Below the pieces are notes generated by a model that saw only the letters and a program-made list of their open reading frames with translations, did not search any database and was not told the DNA's origin. DNA of 45,203 bases from a virus (Duplodnaviria; Caudoviricetes). Below, piece by piece: positions 9,202-18,980 of the stretch. A program made the position numbers and the translations under genes. The stretch is taken from the IMG/VR virus record IMGVR_UViG_3300020045_007096, positions 1 to 45,203 of that record; one strand, 5' to 3'. Numbering within the stretch: the first letter of the stretch is position 1; each line of letters opens with the position of its first letter.

Positions 9202-10101
9202 ATGATTCTTGTAACAGGGTGCAGTGGGTTTATCGGGTCAAATCTGGTTGAAGAGCTTTTAAGGAAGAAAATAGATTTCATAGGTTTGGACATAAGACCA
9301 CTACCAATTAACCTCAAAGATAAGTTCTTGTTCTTTCAAATGAACTATAATGATGTTACAAGCAAGTTTCTAAATGATAATAAAATAGAGACTGTAATCC
9401 ATTTAGCTGCAAAGCCCGGAGTAAGGGAATCAATAAGCGACCCTGAATTATATTTCACAAATAATGTAACAACGTTCGCTAACTTCGCCGAAGAATGTAT
9501 CAAATCAGACATAAAACGTTTCATATTTGCATCAAGTTCCAGCGTTTATGGAAATACCAAAGGTGTTGAGTTCAAGGAAGAAATGCTTTTGAGACCAATC
9601 AGTCCTTACGCAGCAACAAAAGTAGCAGGAGAGGCTATTTGCTCTTATATCCATACCCGCAAGGCAATTCCAACGATTCTGTTAAGATTCTTCACAGTTT
9701 ACGGTCCAAACAACCGAAGAGATATGGCAGTATTCAAGTTCTTGGATTCCATAATAAAAGAAAAAGTCATAGAACTAAAGGGAAATGCCACAAGAGACAT
9801 GACTTACGTAGCAGATGCAGTAAGAAGTATAACACTTTCATTGGATGTAACGTCTGGCTTGCACACAGTAAACATCAGCAGTAAGAATGGAACTTCTATG
9901 ATAAATCTAATTAAAACAATGGAAATGCTTACAGGAAAAGTAGCTAAAGTAATGTACGATGAAGATTTGGCAGAAGGAGACATGGAGTCAACTGCTGCAT
10001 CTACTTGCAAAGCTTACAAATTATTCAGGTTTGTGCCACGTTCAAAGCTCGCAGAAGGTTTACAAAAAACCTATGAATGGTATCAGAGGGAAAATAAATG
10101 A
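9202..10101 (+). CDS. NAD-dependent nucleotide-sugar epimerase/dehydratase (UDP-glucuronate 4-epimerase-like)
   Basis: ILVTGCSGFIG, HLAAKPGVR, ASSSSVYG, SPYAATK, LRFFTVYGP. Confidence 0.92.
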   Translation: MILVTGCSGFIGSNLVEELLRKKIDFIGLDIRPLPINLKDKFLFFQMNYNDVTSKFLNDNKIETVIHLAAKPGVRESISDPELYFTNNVTTFANFAEECIKSDIKRFIFASSSSVYGNTKGVEFKEEMLLRPISPYAATKVAGEAICSYIHTRKAIPTILLRFFTVYGPNNRRDMAVFKFLDSIIKEKVIELKGNATRDMTYVADAVRSITLSLDVTSGLHTVNISSKNGTSMINLIKTMEMLTGKVAKVMYDEDLAEGDMESTAASTCKAYKLFRFVPRSKLAEGLQKTYEWYQRENK

Positions 10102-11549
10102 GGATATTGTATATACCAGTATTTAGCTCAAGCAGAATGGTGGAAGCAAGTCCATCTTACAATCATGCTCCCAAAATAATCAGAAGGATAGTAAAAAAAC
10201 ATCCAGATACTTATTTCTATGTGCTGTTTCCTAAACTAAACGAACCAGATGATATTAACAATTTTACCTTAAGAAGCGGAAAGAACGTATTTGAGAGTCT
10301 TCCAAATACTAAAGTAATCTATATGAACAGTGTTTCACATCAAAGAACAGAAATGTTTTTAATAACAAGAGAAGTTTGGGAACTATTCAATGAGGGAACG
10401 GGGAAGTACTATGTAGACTTAATCTGGAATGAAAAACCTTATCTTGCCCCCTTGCTTAAAAGGTTAGTAAGTAACTTCACCGCCCCTCAATCTTCTGATG
10501 TGCCAATAGTTACAACAACGCAGCTTATTCCAGTTGCAGAAAAGGGTGGAAGTTTAGTTGATTTAGTAGCTACAAGCACAGGATATATGGTATCAGATGT
10601 TCCAGTATTTCAGTCTCCGCATCAAAGAAACAGAGCAATAGAAGCCTCAAAGACAGTGCTAAACCTTAGTAGGATAGAAGACCTAAGAAAACGAGCCAAA
10701 GTAATCACGCAGGGAGTAGATACAGAGGAATTGGACAAAGTAAGAGAAACAGCGACCAAGTATCCAAAACTAACAGTTAATTATTCTTCTAAACTATACT
10801 TGCAAAAGAAATACGAAGATTCCTTTGAAGTAATGGACAAAGCTTACGTAAGTGGCAGACAGATAGATGTTCAAGTAGTCACATCATCATCCTATCAGAA
10901 AGTAATGGGAGCAGAAGGCAAATACTCCAAAGTTTACAAATATTTCAAAGTCTACGAAAGAGCCAATAGAGATACTTTCCTTAAAGCCAGTGTAAAGTCT
11001 CATATATTCCTAATGATGGCGGACTATGAAGATTTCCCTATGACAGTCTTGGAACAGTTATATCTCGGATTGGTTGGAATACTGCCAGACACAGAATGGG
11101 CACATTACGTAATAGGCAAAGACTATCCGTTTCTCTATAAATCCAAGAAACAAGCCTTGGAAATGCTATGTTACTTAATAGATAACTACGATAAAGTCGC
11201 ACCTCAAATAATAACCAGAAACATTGAATACATACGTAATACACACACAATGGACAGAATGGCAGACAATTTCCTAAGTGAGTTCAAGAGACTTCACAAA
11301 GAAAGACTGGAAAACGTCCAACCAAACACAGAGTTAATGGAAATTGCCGAAAAGACACTTAAACTAATGAACACAGTATTCACAATGGAAGATTACGTAA
11401 AAGAGTTCAATAGACATACAGAGCATGCACAGATTGGAGATTACCAAGATAACTTCACACTCAATAAGTTCAAGTTCTACACGTTCTGCCAAGCCAAAGG
11501 CTGCAAGGACATGTGCGACTCAGAAGATGTAAAGTTTATGAAAGGGTGA
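10098..11549 (+). CDS. GT-B fold glycosyltransferase, candidate DNA-modifying enzyme
   Basis: GVDT, QKKYE and EDFPMTVLE motif; lies between epimerase and ParB. Confidence 0.7.
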   Translation: MRILYIPVFSSSRMVEASPSYNHAPKIIRRIVKKHPDTYFYVLFPKLNEPDDINNFTLRSGKNVFESLPNTKVIYMNSVSHQRTEMFLITREVWELFNEGTGKYYVDLIWNEKPYLAPLLKRLVSNFTAPQSSDVPIVTTTQLIPVAEKGGSLVDLVATSTGYMVSDVPVFQSPHQRNRAIEASKTVLNLSRIEDLRKRAKVITQGVDTEELDKVRETATKYPKLTVNYSSKLYLQKKYEDSFEVMDKAYVSGRQIDVQVVTSSSYQKVMGAEGKYSKVYKYFKVYERANRDTFLKASVKSHIFLMMADYEDFPMTVLEQLYLGLVGILPDTEWAHYVIGKDYPFLYKSKKQALEMLCYLIDNYDKVAPQIITRNIEYIRNTHTMDRMADNFLSEFKRLHKERLENVQPNTELMEIAEKTLKLMNTVFTMEDYVKEFNRHTEHAQIGDYQDNFTLNKFKFYTFCQAKGCKDMCDSEDVKFMKG

Positions 11550-11554
11550 AAAAT

Positions 11555-12295
11555 ATGGATGAAGCATTAAACAGAGGATATAAAGAAATGAAGGAAGTAG
11601 ATTTGAGTTTAGTTGTTCCTAATCCTTGGAATCCCAATGAAATGGACGAAAAGGTATTTGATTTACTATGTAAAAAGATACAGGAAAACGGCTTTCTTGA
11701 ACCAATAGGAGTGGTAGAAATATCTGACCCAGTATACAAATATCGTATTATATCAGGAGAGCACAGATTCAGAGCATGCAAAATCCTCAATTTTACAAAG
11801 ATTCCAGCAGTTATTTACAAAGACTTCGATGAAGACAGACAGAAATTCATTACACTACAAGTTCAAGTATTGCAAGGCAAACTAAATCCCACAAAGATGT
11901 CTAACCTATTGATTAGCTATGCAAATAAATACGAGAAAGAAGTTCTAACTGAATTAGTTGGATTCACAGACAAAGACGCTTTGGATGTAGTATATGCACA
12001 GGTTACAAGAGACCTTCCAGAGGAAATGAAGGTAAAAATGGAAGAAAGCAAACCTCAAATCAAAACCATAGATGATTTAAGCAATGTACTTAATTCTCTA
12101 TTCAATGAGTATGGAACAACAGTACCTTATCACTTTATGTTCTTTGCCTATGGTGGTAAACAGCACGTAATGATTCAAGCGGACAAGAAATTGTTTGACA
12201 AAGTAAAGGAAATACTCAAGATTGCAAGCCAAAGGAAAGAAGATGCAGGGTTAATATTCTATGATTTGGTCAAAGACTGGCAAGGTAACCTATAA
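11555..12295 (+). CDS. ParB/Srx N-terminal domain protein
   Basis: PNPWNPNEM, GFLEPI, YRIISGEHRFRA; GGTGA RBS. Confidence 0.85.
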   Translation: MDEALNRGYKEMKEVDLSLVVPNPWNPNEMDEKVFDLLCKKIQENGFLEPIGVVEISDPVYKYRIISGEHRFRACKILNFTKIPAVIYKDFDEDRQKFITLQVQVLQGKLNPTKMSNLLISYANKYEKEVLTELVGFTDKDALDVVYAQVTRDLPEEMKVKMEESKPQIKTIDDLSNVLNSLFNEYGTTVPYHFMFFAYGGKQHVMIQADKKLFDKVKEILKIASQRKEDAGLIFYDLVKDWQGNL

Positions 12296-12342
12296 CTGAA
12301 AAAGATATAATTTATATATCAGTTATATATTAAGACAGAGAT

Positions 12343-12990
12343 ATGGCACTGAGAATACATCCAAACAGCAGAATCAGGAAGGAAAAGTGGGGAGAAGAAG
12401 TAATTGAAATGCTCACTAACTTTGAAAAGGTAGTCAATGGAGTCAAGATAACGTTTGAATATATCCAAGAAACCATCAAAGCTAAATACAAAGAAGAAAT
12501 CCCAATAAGAACGCTGAGATATTACAGGGACAAGTATGTATTGCCTACTGAGAAAATACCAAATGCAGAAGTAACTGCTTCATTGCTAAGAAGAGGAAAG
12601 CTAATAGACATTGCAGCAGAACGTTCAACTCTCTACGTAAAACAAATGCAGAGAATTGAAGCAGAAAGAGAAATAGAAAAGAAAATGGGTAAATTATTAC
12701 CTACACTCAATAAAGAAATCACAGTAGCCAATGACGTTCTTACAGAATTGAAGAATGATTACTTTGAATTGGGTCTAAAGACCAAAGTCCCTGACAAAAT
12801 AGAGCATAAGTCAGATGTAGGTGCTTCGTTCCTTGAAGCAGTAAACAAATACAAAAAGTTCAAGGAAGAAGAAAAGAAGAGAAAGAAGGAGTTGGAAGCT
12901 GATGAGAGTCAAGAGAGAACAAGCAGAGATTCAGAAGATACTGGACAACAGCCCCCAGAATCAGATGCTAAGTCTGTTGAACAGCAGTGA
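12343..12990 (+). CDS. Terminase small subunit (putative)
   Basis: Directly upstream of TerL; N-terminal HTH-like region, helical middle, PDKIEH tail. Confidence 0.6.
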   Translation: MALRIHPNSRIRKEKWGEEVIEMLTNFEKVVNGVKITFEYIQETIKAKYKEEIPIRTLRYYRDKYVLPTEKIPNAEVTASLLRRGKLIDIAAERSTLYVKQMQRIEAEREIEKKMGKLLPTLNKEITVANDVLTELKNDYFELGLKTKVPDKIEHKSDVGASFLEAVNKYKKFKEEEKKRKKELEADESQERTSRDSEDTGQQPPESDAKSVEQQ

Positions 12991-14344
12991 TATTTACACA
13001 ATAATAAGCGACCCTGTTCATTTCTTTGTCTTTGTAAACGGCTATACTCCTCACGAGTTCCAGAGAACTATACTTTCTGATGAAAGCAGGAAACAGCTAT
13101 TAAGAGTAGGCAGACAAGGCGGAAAGACACAAGTAGTAGCTTCTCGTTCTTTATGGAGAGCAATCACCAGAGATAAATATAAAATCATAATTCTATCCCC
13201 TACAAGGGAACAGTCTTCAATTCTTTACAGAAAGATATTGGATATGGTTACTAACAATCCACTTTTATCTATCTTTATTGAAGGTGAACCGCTTAAGACA
13301 CAGATGTTCTTCAAGAACGGTTCTTCTATCAGAATAGTTGTAGCTAATTCAACAAGAGGGCATACTGCAAATGAAATCATAATAGATGAAGCAGCTTATT
13401 TCCCGGAAGATATGTTCATGGCAGTTACACCGCTTTTAGCGGCTACTTATGGTAATGAAACCCTACTCTCAACACCATTTGGTAAGCAAGGAAAGTTCTA
13501 TCGTGCTTCTATGCCCAATAGTGGGTATTCTACTTATCATGTTCCGTCCACTCAGATTCCTCATATTACTCAAGAGTTCTTAGATGAAGAAAGAATGAAT
13601 ATGACAGATAATGAATTCAGGCAGGAACATTTAGCTGAGTTCATAGAAGAAAGTGATGCTTTCCTACCTCATAGAGTCATAGTTGCAAGTATCTCTGACC
13701 CACCACAATTAAATGAGCCAGACAGAAGCAGGAGTTGGAAATACTATCTCGGAGTAGACGTAGCAAGATACGGAAACGATGAAACCACTTATGTCATTTG
13801 CAGGCACACCCATGAATATGAAGGTATAGAAGTAGTTTACATCCGTGGTGAAGAAAAGAAACCAACTACACACACAGTAGGTCGGATTACAGAACTATTC
13901 AATGTTTGGAGATTTGAAGGAATCTATGTAGATGAAACATCCCTTGGTGGCGGAGTAGTTGACGCATTAAGGGAGAATAGAGTACCAGTAACAGCAGTTA
14001 CATTCAATGAGAAATGCCATACAAGCGGTAATCCTAAAGACAGTAATAAAGAAGCAATGTATAAAAACCTAAAGTGGTTGATGGAAAAGAACGCAGACAT
14101 AAGAGACTGGAACGTTAGAAACAAAGATAAAGCTCCGCAGGATATATTGCTCAAGATTCCAAACAACTCAAAGTTAGTGCAACAGCTATCAGATTTAAAG
14201 TATGAGTACACAAGTTCCGGAACGCTTAGAGTATTCCATCCAGAGGAAAGTAAAGCTCACGATGATTACCCTGATGCTCTGGCTCTTTCCCTCTACAAAT
14301 TCATAGAAAGGAAGAGAACTCACAAGAAGTTTTACCTTGCATAA
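12902..14344 (+). CDS. terL: Terminase large subunit
   Basis: Walker A GRQGGKT, Walker B IIIDEAA, LSTPFG, nuclease motifs GVDVARYGNDET and HDDYPDALAL. Confidence 0.95.
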   Translation: MRVKREQAEIQKILDNSPQNQMLSLLNSSDIYTIISDPVHFFVFVNGYTPHEFQRTILSDESRKQLLRVGRQGGKTQVVASRSLWRAITRDKYKIIILSPTREQSSILYRKILDMVTNNPLLSIFIEGEPLKTQMFFKNGSSIRIVVANSTRGHTANEIIIDEAAYFPEDMFMAVTPLLAATYGNETLLSTPFGKQGKFYRASMPNSGYSTYHVPSTQIPHITQEFLDEERMNMTDNEFRQEHLAEFIEESDAFLPHRVIVASISDPPQLNEPDRSRSWKYYLGVDVARYGNDETTYVICRHTHEYEGIEVVYIRGEEKKPTTHTVGRITELFNVWRFEGIYVDETSLGGGVVDALRENRVPVTAVTFNEKCHTSGNPKDSNKEAMYKNLKWLMEKNADIRDWNVRNKDKAPQDILLKIPNNSKLVQQLSDLKYEYTSSGTLRVFHPEESKAHDDYPDALALSLYKFIERKRTHKKFYLA

Positions 14345-14383
14345 TAGAAATGTTTATATATAAGAATAAGAAAAGGTTTTACA

Positions 14384-16312
14384 ATGCCTGACCCTACGCC
14401 TAAGTTCCAGATATATGGTAAATCTCTTAGTGAAGATGTAGCCGATGATTCTAATCTAAATGGTCTCGGAGTATTCAGAAGTCTCACGAAAAGAACACCA
14501 GTTAGATTCCCTGCTGAATTAGGTGAAGCACATCCTTTTGACATGAGCATGTTAGAAGGACTTTACACAAAGTTTGGTTTTATTAATGCAGTTGTCGAGA
14601 AGATAGTTGAATACATCTGGGGTGGCGGGATTTACGTTGAGTGTGAGAATGAAGATGCAAAAGAAGTAATAGAACAATGGATTCAGGATTCAGATTTTAT
14701 TTCTATCGGAAGAGAATGGACTAAAGAATCACTTGTCAAAGGAAATGGTTACCTTGAACTCGGCGGAAAATACAAAGACGGAGTGCAGGGAATCAAAGTA
14801 GTTGACGCAAAGAACATGTATGTGAAGAGAGACGACAAGGGAAAAGTAGAAGTTTACAATCAATTAATCAAAGGATTTCCGCAGACATCAGAAGTAAAGA
14901 CTCTTGAAAAGAATAAAGACTACATTGATTTCAGTGAAGATAACATAGTCCATCTTAAAACAAACAAGATAGGAGACAATGCTTATGGCTTTGGGATTGT
15001 TTATCCAAATCTTAATTCTATCAACAATATGTTAGGATGTATAAAAGACATGCACATGCTACTTCACAGAAAAGCGAACGTTCCATACAACGTAACGCTT
15101 GGAGATTTAGACAAAGAAATCTATCCAGAACCCGGTGCAGTTACAGAAGTCGGGCAAAAGTTTGAATGGCTAATGAACAAGCATGAGTGGATTCACGGTC
15201 CAGATATGAAGATAGAAACATTGGACTTCGGAAATATCGGAGATAAGTTTGTTTATCCTATTGAATTAGACAGTAAGATGCTGTTCTTCGGATTCCAGAC
15301 TCCTGAAACATTAATGGGCGGTGCAGTAAACACTGGTCTTGGTTCTAACATAGCAAGTGAGCACGGTTCATCATTTGACAAACATATTCAATCATTCAGG
15401 GAAGAAATAGAAAAATTAACAGAAAGAAAAATATTCAAAAGAATTTTACTCTCACGTGGATTCAAGGAAGAACACTGTGAAATACAATGGGGACAGCCAA
15501 GTGAAGAGGAGAAAAGAGCAAGAATACAATTATTGCAGGGTGTCTTAGGTTCAGTAGCTAATCCAGCATTAAGAAGGCAGATAGAATTAGACATAGTAAG
15601 GCAGCTTGGATATGATGAGGAGTTAATTGAACAGGGAGAAGCTGAAATGGATGCAGAAAATCCAATAGAAGACGAGGAAGAAGAGCCAACCAATAATCCA
15701 ATCGCAGCTATCTACAAAAAGATAACAAAGAGAAAAGAAAACATCAGGGAAATAAAAAATATAACAATTCCAGAGGACATGTATAAAGATTATCCTCTTC
15801 AAGAATGGATTGGATATGAATATAATAAATACACTAAAGACATTGATGAAGTAATCGACAAAGACCCATTCACAGATTTGCTTGCACTAAACAGAGAAGA
15901 GCTTAAAGTAGGCTATCTTACAGAAGTTCAGGTAAAACACCTAAAGAAAAACCTTAAGGAAGCGTTTAACAAAGGACTCTCTACAAAAGTTCTTGCTGCA
16001 AGAATGATAGAAGACAAAGTTATTCCTAATCTCTATAAGATTGAAGATGGAAGAAGAGTATTATTGATGGCAAGGCACGAAAGAAGTATCATAGTTGCAA
16101 GAACAGAAACAATCAGAATGTCAGCAAAAGGAACTCTTGAAAACTTCAAGAAAGGAAACATAAATGAAGTAATGTTCTTGGCAGCTGCAAGTGACAGAAC
16201 ATGTGAAGAATGTGATGAACTCAATGGAAGCAGATATAAAATAAACAGTATACCAGTCAGCATCCCTGTGCATCCAATGTGCAGATGTGCATGGTCTCCT
16301 GTTGTGGGGTAA
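14384..16312 (+). CDS. Portal protein fused to a C-terminal MuF/SPP1-gp7-like head morphogenesis domain
   Basis: Follows TerL; portal motifs KGNGYLE and IVHLK...YGFG; C-terminal ARTET...DRTCEECDELNG...PVHPMCRC. Confidence 0.85.
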   Translation: MPDPTPKFQIYGKSLSEDVADDSNLNGLGVFRSLTKRTPVRFPAELGEAHPFDMSMLEGLYTKFGFINAVVEKIVEYIWGGGIYVECENEDAKEVIEQWIQDSDFISIGREWTKESLVKGNGYLELGGKYKDGVQGIKVVDAKNMYVKRDDKGKVEVYNQLIKGFPQTSEVKTLEKNKDYIDFSEDNIVHLKTNKIGDNAYGFGIVYPNLNSINNMLGCIKDMHMLLHRKANVPYNVTLGDLDKEIYPEPGAVTEVGQKFEWLMNKHEWIHGPDMKIETLDFGNIGDKFVYPIELDSKMLFFGFQTPETLMGGAVNTGLGSNIASEHGSSFDKHIQSFREEIEKLTERKIFKRILLSRGFKEEHCEIQWGQPSEEEKRARIQLLQGVLGSVANPALRRQIELDIVRQLGYDEELIEQGEAEMDAENPIEDEEEEPTNNPIAAIYKKITKRKENIREIKNITIPEDMYKDYPLQEWIGYEYNKYTKDIDEVIDKDPFTDLLALNREELKVGYLTEVQVKHLKKNLKEAFNKGLSTKVLAARMIEDKVIPNLYKIEDGRRVLLMARHERSIIVARTETIRMSAKGTLENFKKGNINEVMFLAAASDRTCEECDELNGSRYKINSIPVSIPVHPMCRCAWSPVVG

Positions 16313-16314
16313 AT

Positions 16315-16590
16315 ATGGTAACAGTAACAGAACTATTGGCACAAGGAACGATAAAAGATTTACCGCCTTGTGATGAATGTAAATTAACAAAAGAACAGAT
16401 TATAGAGAGAGACGGTCCTCATTTCATGTTAGCGTCTTTCAATGGAAGATTAGTATGCGGAAGATGCTGTGTTATGTTATCAACACCAAAGAAATGCTTA
16501 TGCGGTACGTCAAATCCATACTCTGCTAAATTCTGTTCTAACTGCGGTGAGAAATTTGAAGGAAGTAATGGATTACATCAAAAACCTTGA
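16315..16590 (+). CDS. Zinc-ribbon protein
   Basis: CDEC, CGRC, CLCG, AKFCSNCG. Confidence 0.65.
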   Translation: MVTVTELLAQGTIKDLPPCDECKLTKEQIIERDGPHFMLASFNGRLVCGRCCVMLSTPKKCLCGTSNPYSAKFCSNCGEKFEGSNGLHQKP

Positions 16591-16801
16591 AAATTATATG
16601 TCGGTTATCGACAGCAAATTAGACAGGCTTAACTATCTTCTTGGACTTGCAACTGAGAACAAAGCAACATGCTACCATCCACTTGTAGAGAACATAGATG
16701 ATAATATTCACATAGTAGCGTCTACTTTAATTGATGAGATAAAAAGGTTTAAATATGTAAGGTGCTGTGATTGCGGTAACAGACTCAGAATAGAGGTTTA
16801 A
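16568..16801 (+). CDS. Hypothetical protein with zinc knuckle
   Basis: CYH and CCDCG; coupled to neighbours. Confidence 0.55.
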   Translation: MDYIKNLENYMSVIDSKLDRLNYLLGLATENKATCYHPLVENIDDNIHIVASTLIDEIKRFKYVRCCDCGNRLRIEV

Positions 16802-16802
16802 C

Positions 16803-17177
16803 ATGTCAATATTCATATGCCCAAGATGCAGGACAAGAGTAAGCGTGGCTAATCATTCAGGTGATTATGTTCACACATGTGATAGTGGTAATGATGTTCT
16901 TGACCAAGAAGATGTACTCGTCAAAGGTACTTGGACAGATTATACTGGCAGTGATTTCTCAGTAAGGACAACACCTGCAAGCATAGCTGCTGAAAACCTT
17001 GGTAACAAATTGTTAGGAACAGATGCTTTTATTCTCGACAAAACATTCCTGCCTAATTTCACAGTAAGAGGGAACAATGCCCAGATAATGAGACAAAGAC
17101 AGCATTTGGAATATATTGAGAATCCTGCGAACGTTGACAGTGATAAAGGAGTGGACATAGACAGTTTTGTTCAGTGA
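16803..17177 (+). CDS. Hypothetical protein (head module)
   Basis: GAGGT RBS; CPRC...HTC. Confidence 0.65.
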   Translation: MSIFICPRCRTRVSVANHSGDYVHTCDSGNDVLDQEDVLVKGTWTDYTGSDFSVRTTPASIAAENLGNKLLGTDAFILDKTFLPNFTVRGNNAQIMRQRQHLEYIENPANVDSDKGVDIDSFVQ

Positions 17178-17230
17178 TTATATAATCTGTTCGTTGCATT
17201 TATATATAAGCTACTTCTAAAAATATATTT
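17176..17230 (+). promoter_or_regulatory. Promoter: GATTATATAATC palindrome, 11 bp, TATA box, AAAATATATT
   Basis: Palindrome 17176-17187, TTTATATA at 17199; same layout at three other sites. Confidence 0.8.
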
Positions 17231-17350
17231 ATGGAAGCACTCAAAGACTCTAAAGGAAATCCAAGACTTGATGAAAAGAACAGGAGAATTATAGCTGAGA
17301 ATGTTCCAATTATATTTTCTGCTGAAATTGTAGAGGAATCAAATGAATGA
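17231..17350 (+). CDS. 39-aa ORF, probably leaderless, ahead of the protease (not in the ORF track)
   Basis: MEALKDSKGNPRLDEKNRRIIAENVPIIFSAEIVEESNE directly after the promoter. Confidence 0.5.
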   Translation: MEALKDSKGNPRLDEKNRRIIAENVPIIFSAEIVEESNE

Positions 17351-18488
17351 CTCCAAGACTATCAAAGTCTCAGGTGTAGCAATAAGAGCAGGAGTTTCAA
17401 GAAATGGGGTTAAATACCTACCAGAAGAGCTTGCGAAGTTTGCAAGGACACTGGAAAACAGACCAATACTAAAAGACCACGATGCAAGAACTGACAACGC
17501 AATCGGTCTTGTGACAAAATCATTCACCACAGATATGGGCGAGTCAGTGAATTATGCTGGCTGGATTAAAGAAGACGGCTCAGGTATCATAGAAAGAATC
17601 AATGACAAAAGAATCAAGGAAGTAAGCATCGGTGCAATAGCAGGAAGGTTAGTTCAGGAATCAGAAGACAGTGATGTTGTAATTGCTCAGGGTCTTGTTG
17701 GTCTTGAATTGTCAACCACACCAGTTCCCGGTGTTCAAGGAACATCCCTCAATAACACTCTTGGAAAACTAAGCGAAGGAAAGAAAGTTGCTCTTATAGA
17801 GAACGTCAATTCGTTTACAAAGATTCAAGAGGTGAGTGAAGAAATGGACGAAAAGAAATGCCCAGAATGCGGTGCAATGGTCGCAGTTGAAGATATGAAA
17901 GTTCACATGTTGAAGCACAAGGAAGAAGAATCTCTTAAAGGTGCTTTGAATGAAAAGACTTACAATGATATGGTAACCAGATTAAAAGAAGATGGTTTAC
18001 TTAAAGATTTCAAATTGACCTTTGAACAATGGTCGAATGAGGTGAAGAAAGTGGCAGAAGATAATGCAGCAAAAGTAACAGAAGATATGAAAAATCTTCA
18101 AGAAGAAATTAATGCTCTAAAAGCAGAAAAAAGAAACAGATTGGTTGAAGAATACAAAGCAGTAGCTTCTGAGAAAGGAGTTGCAGAAAGGGACGTAAAA
18201 GACCTTGCAGTAGAATCAATCGCACTACTTGTCAGTGAATTGAAGTCAATCAAGACAGACATGACAAGAGCTAAAGTCTTACAGAATGATGCTAAACCTG
18301 CTCAGAAAGTTTGGGAAACAACTCATTCATTCGGACAGGAAGGATTAATCTCAAACGAAGGACTAATGATAGAAAGACCATTGGACGGCGGAAATAAGCT
18401 GGCAATGACATTTGACCCATCAAAGCTAAAAGCTGAGGGTGCAAGATGGAGACTATTCAAGAACCCATCGCCAATGTTCGGAAGGTAA
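17343..18488 (+). CDS. Prohead protease with C-terminal scaffold region
   Basis: SRNGVKY, PILKDH, EVSIG, ELSTTPVPG, then a charged coiled coil. Confidence 0.85.
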   Translation: MNDSKTIKVSGVAIRAGVSRNGVKYLPEELAKFARTLENRPILKDHDARTDNAIGLVTKSFTTDMGESVNYAGWIKEDGSGIIERINDKRIKEVSIGAIAGRLVQESEDSDVVIAQGLVGLELSTTPVPGVQGTSLNNTLGKLSEGKKVALIENVNSFTKIQEVSEEMDEKKCPECGAMVAVEDMKVHMLKHKEEESLKGALNEKTYNDMVTRLKEDGLLKDFKLTFEQWSNEVKKVAEDNAAKVTEDMKNLQEEINALKAEKRNRLVEEYKAVASEKGVAERDVKDLAVESIALLVSELKSIKTDMTRAKVLQNDAKPAQKVWETTHSFGQEGLISNEGLMIERPLDGGNKLAMTFDPSKLKAEGARWRLFKNPSPMFGR

Positions 18489-18499
18489 GGTGAATTAAA

Positions 18500-18970
18500 A
18501 TGGCAGCAGCAGGAATAGGAAACCCAGCAGGAGCAGTAGTTCTTTATGATTTCGGAGTTCCACACATAGTTGGTGGAAACGCAAGGAACGAAATAATCTC
18601 TGGTGGAGTATTTGTATTTGGTTCAACAGCAACAGGAGTAGTTAGCTCAGGGACAAACTCATTCAGTCCGGGAAGCTTGTATTTCACAAGAGACGCATCA
18701 GGTGGACAGTTCAATGGAATTAACATGTTCCCAAGTGCAGTCAGTGGAACAGTATCAGTTGCAATGGCAGGAGTATTCGTACTTCAATGTGTAGGCTCAG
18801 TATTCGGTGGAGCACCAGTTGGATGCGAAGGAACAAATGCAGTAACAACACTCGGTTCATCTGTAGTACCAGATGCAGCAACAAATTGGGGACCAGCAGG
18901 AAAGAAAATCGGAAGAGCACTCTGTGATGGAGCATCCGGTGGATATGCTGTAATCTATATCAATCCATAG
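18500..18970 (+). CDS. Capsid decoration/cement protein (putative)
   Basis: Gly/Ala-rich beta protein between protease and MCP; IGRAL motif near the C-terminus. Confidence 0.6.
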   Translation: MAAAGIGNPAGAVVLYDFGVPHIVGGNARNEIISGGVFVFGSTATGVVSSGTNSFSPGSLYFTRDASGGQFNGINMFPSAVSGTVSVAMAGVFVLQCVGSVFGGAPVGCEGTNAVTTLGSSVVPDAATNWGPAGKKIGRALCDGASGGYAVIYINP

Positions 18971-18980
18971 GTGATACAAA

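Noticed and set aside
11555-12295. ParABS partition system
   Set aside because: No ParA ATPase or parS repeats; the context is the packaging module
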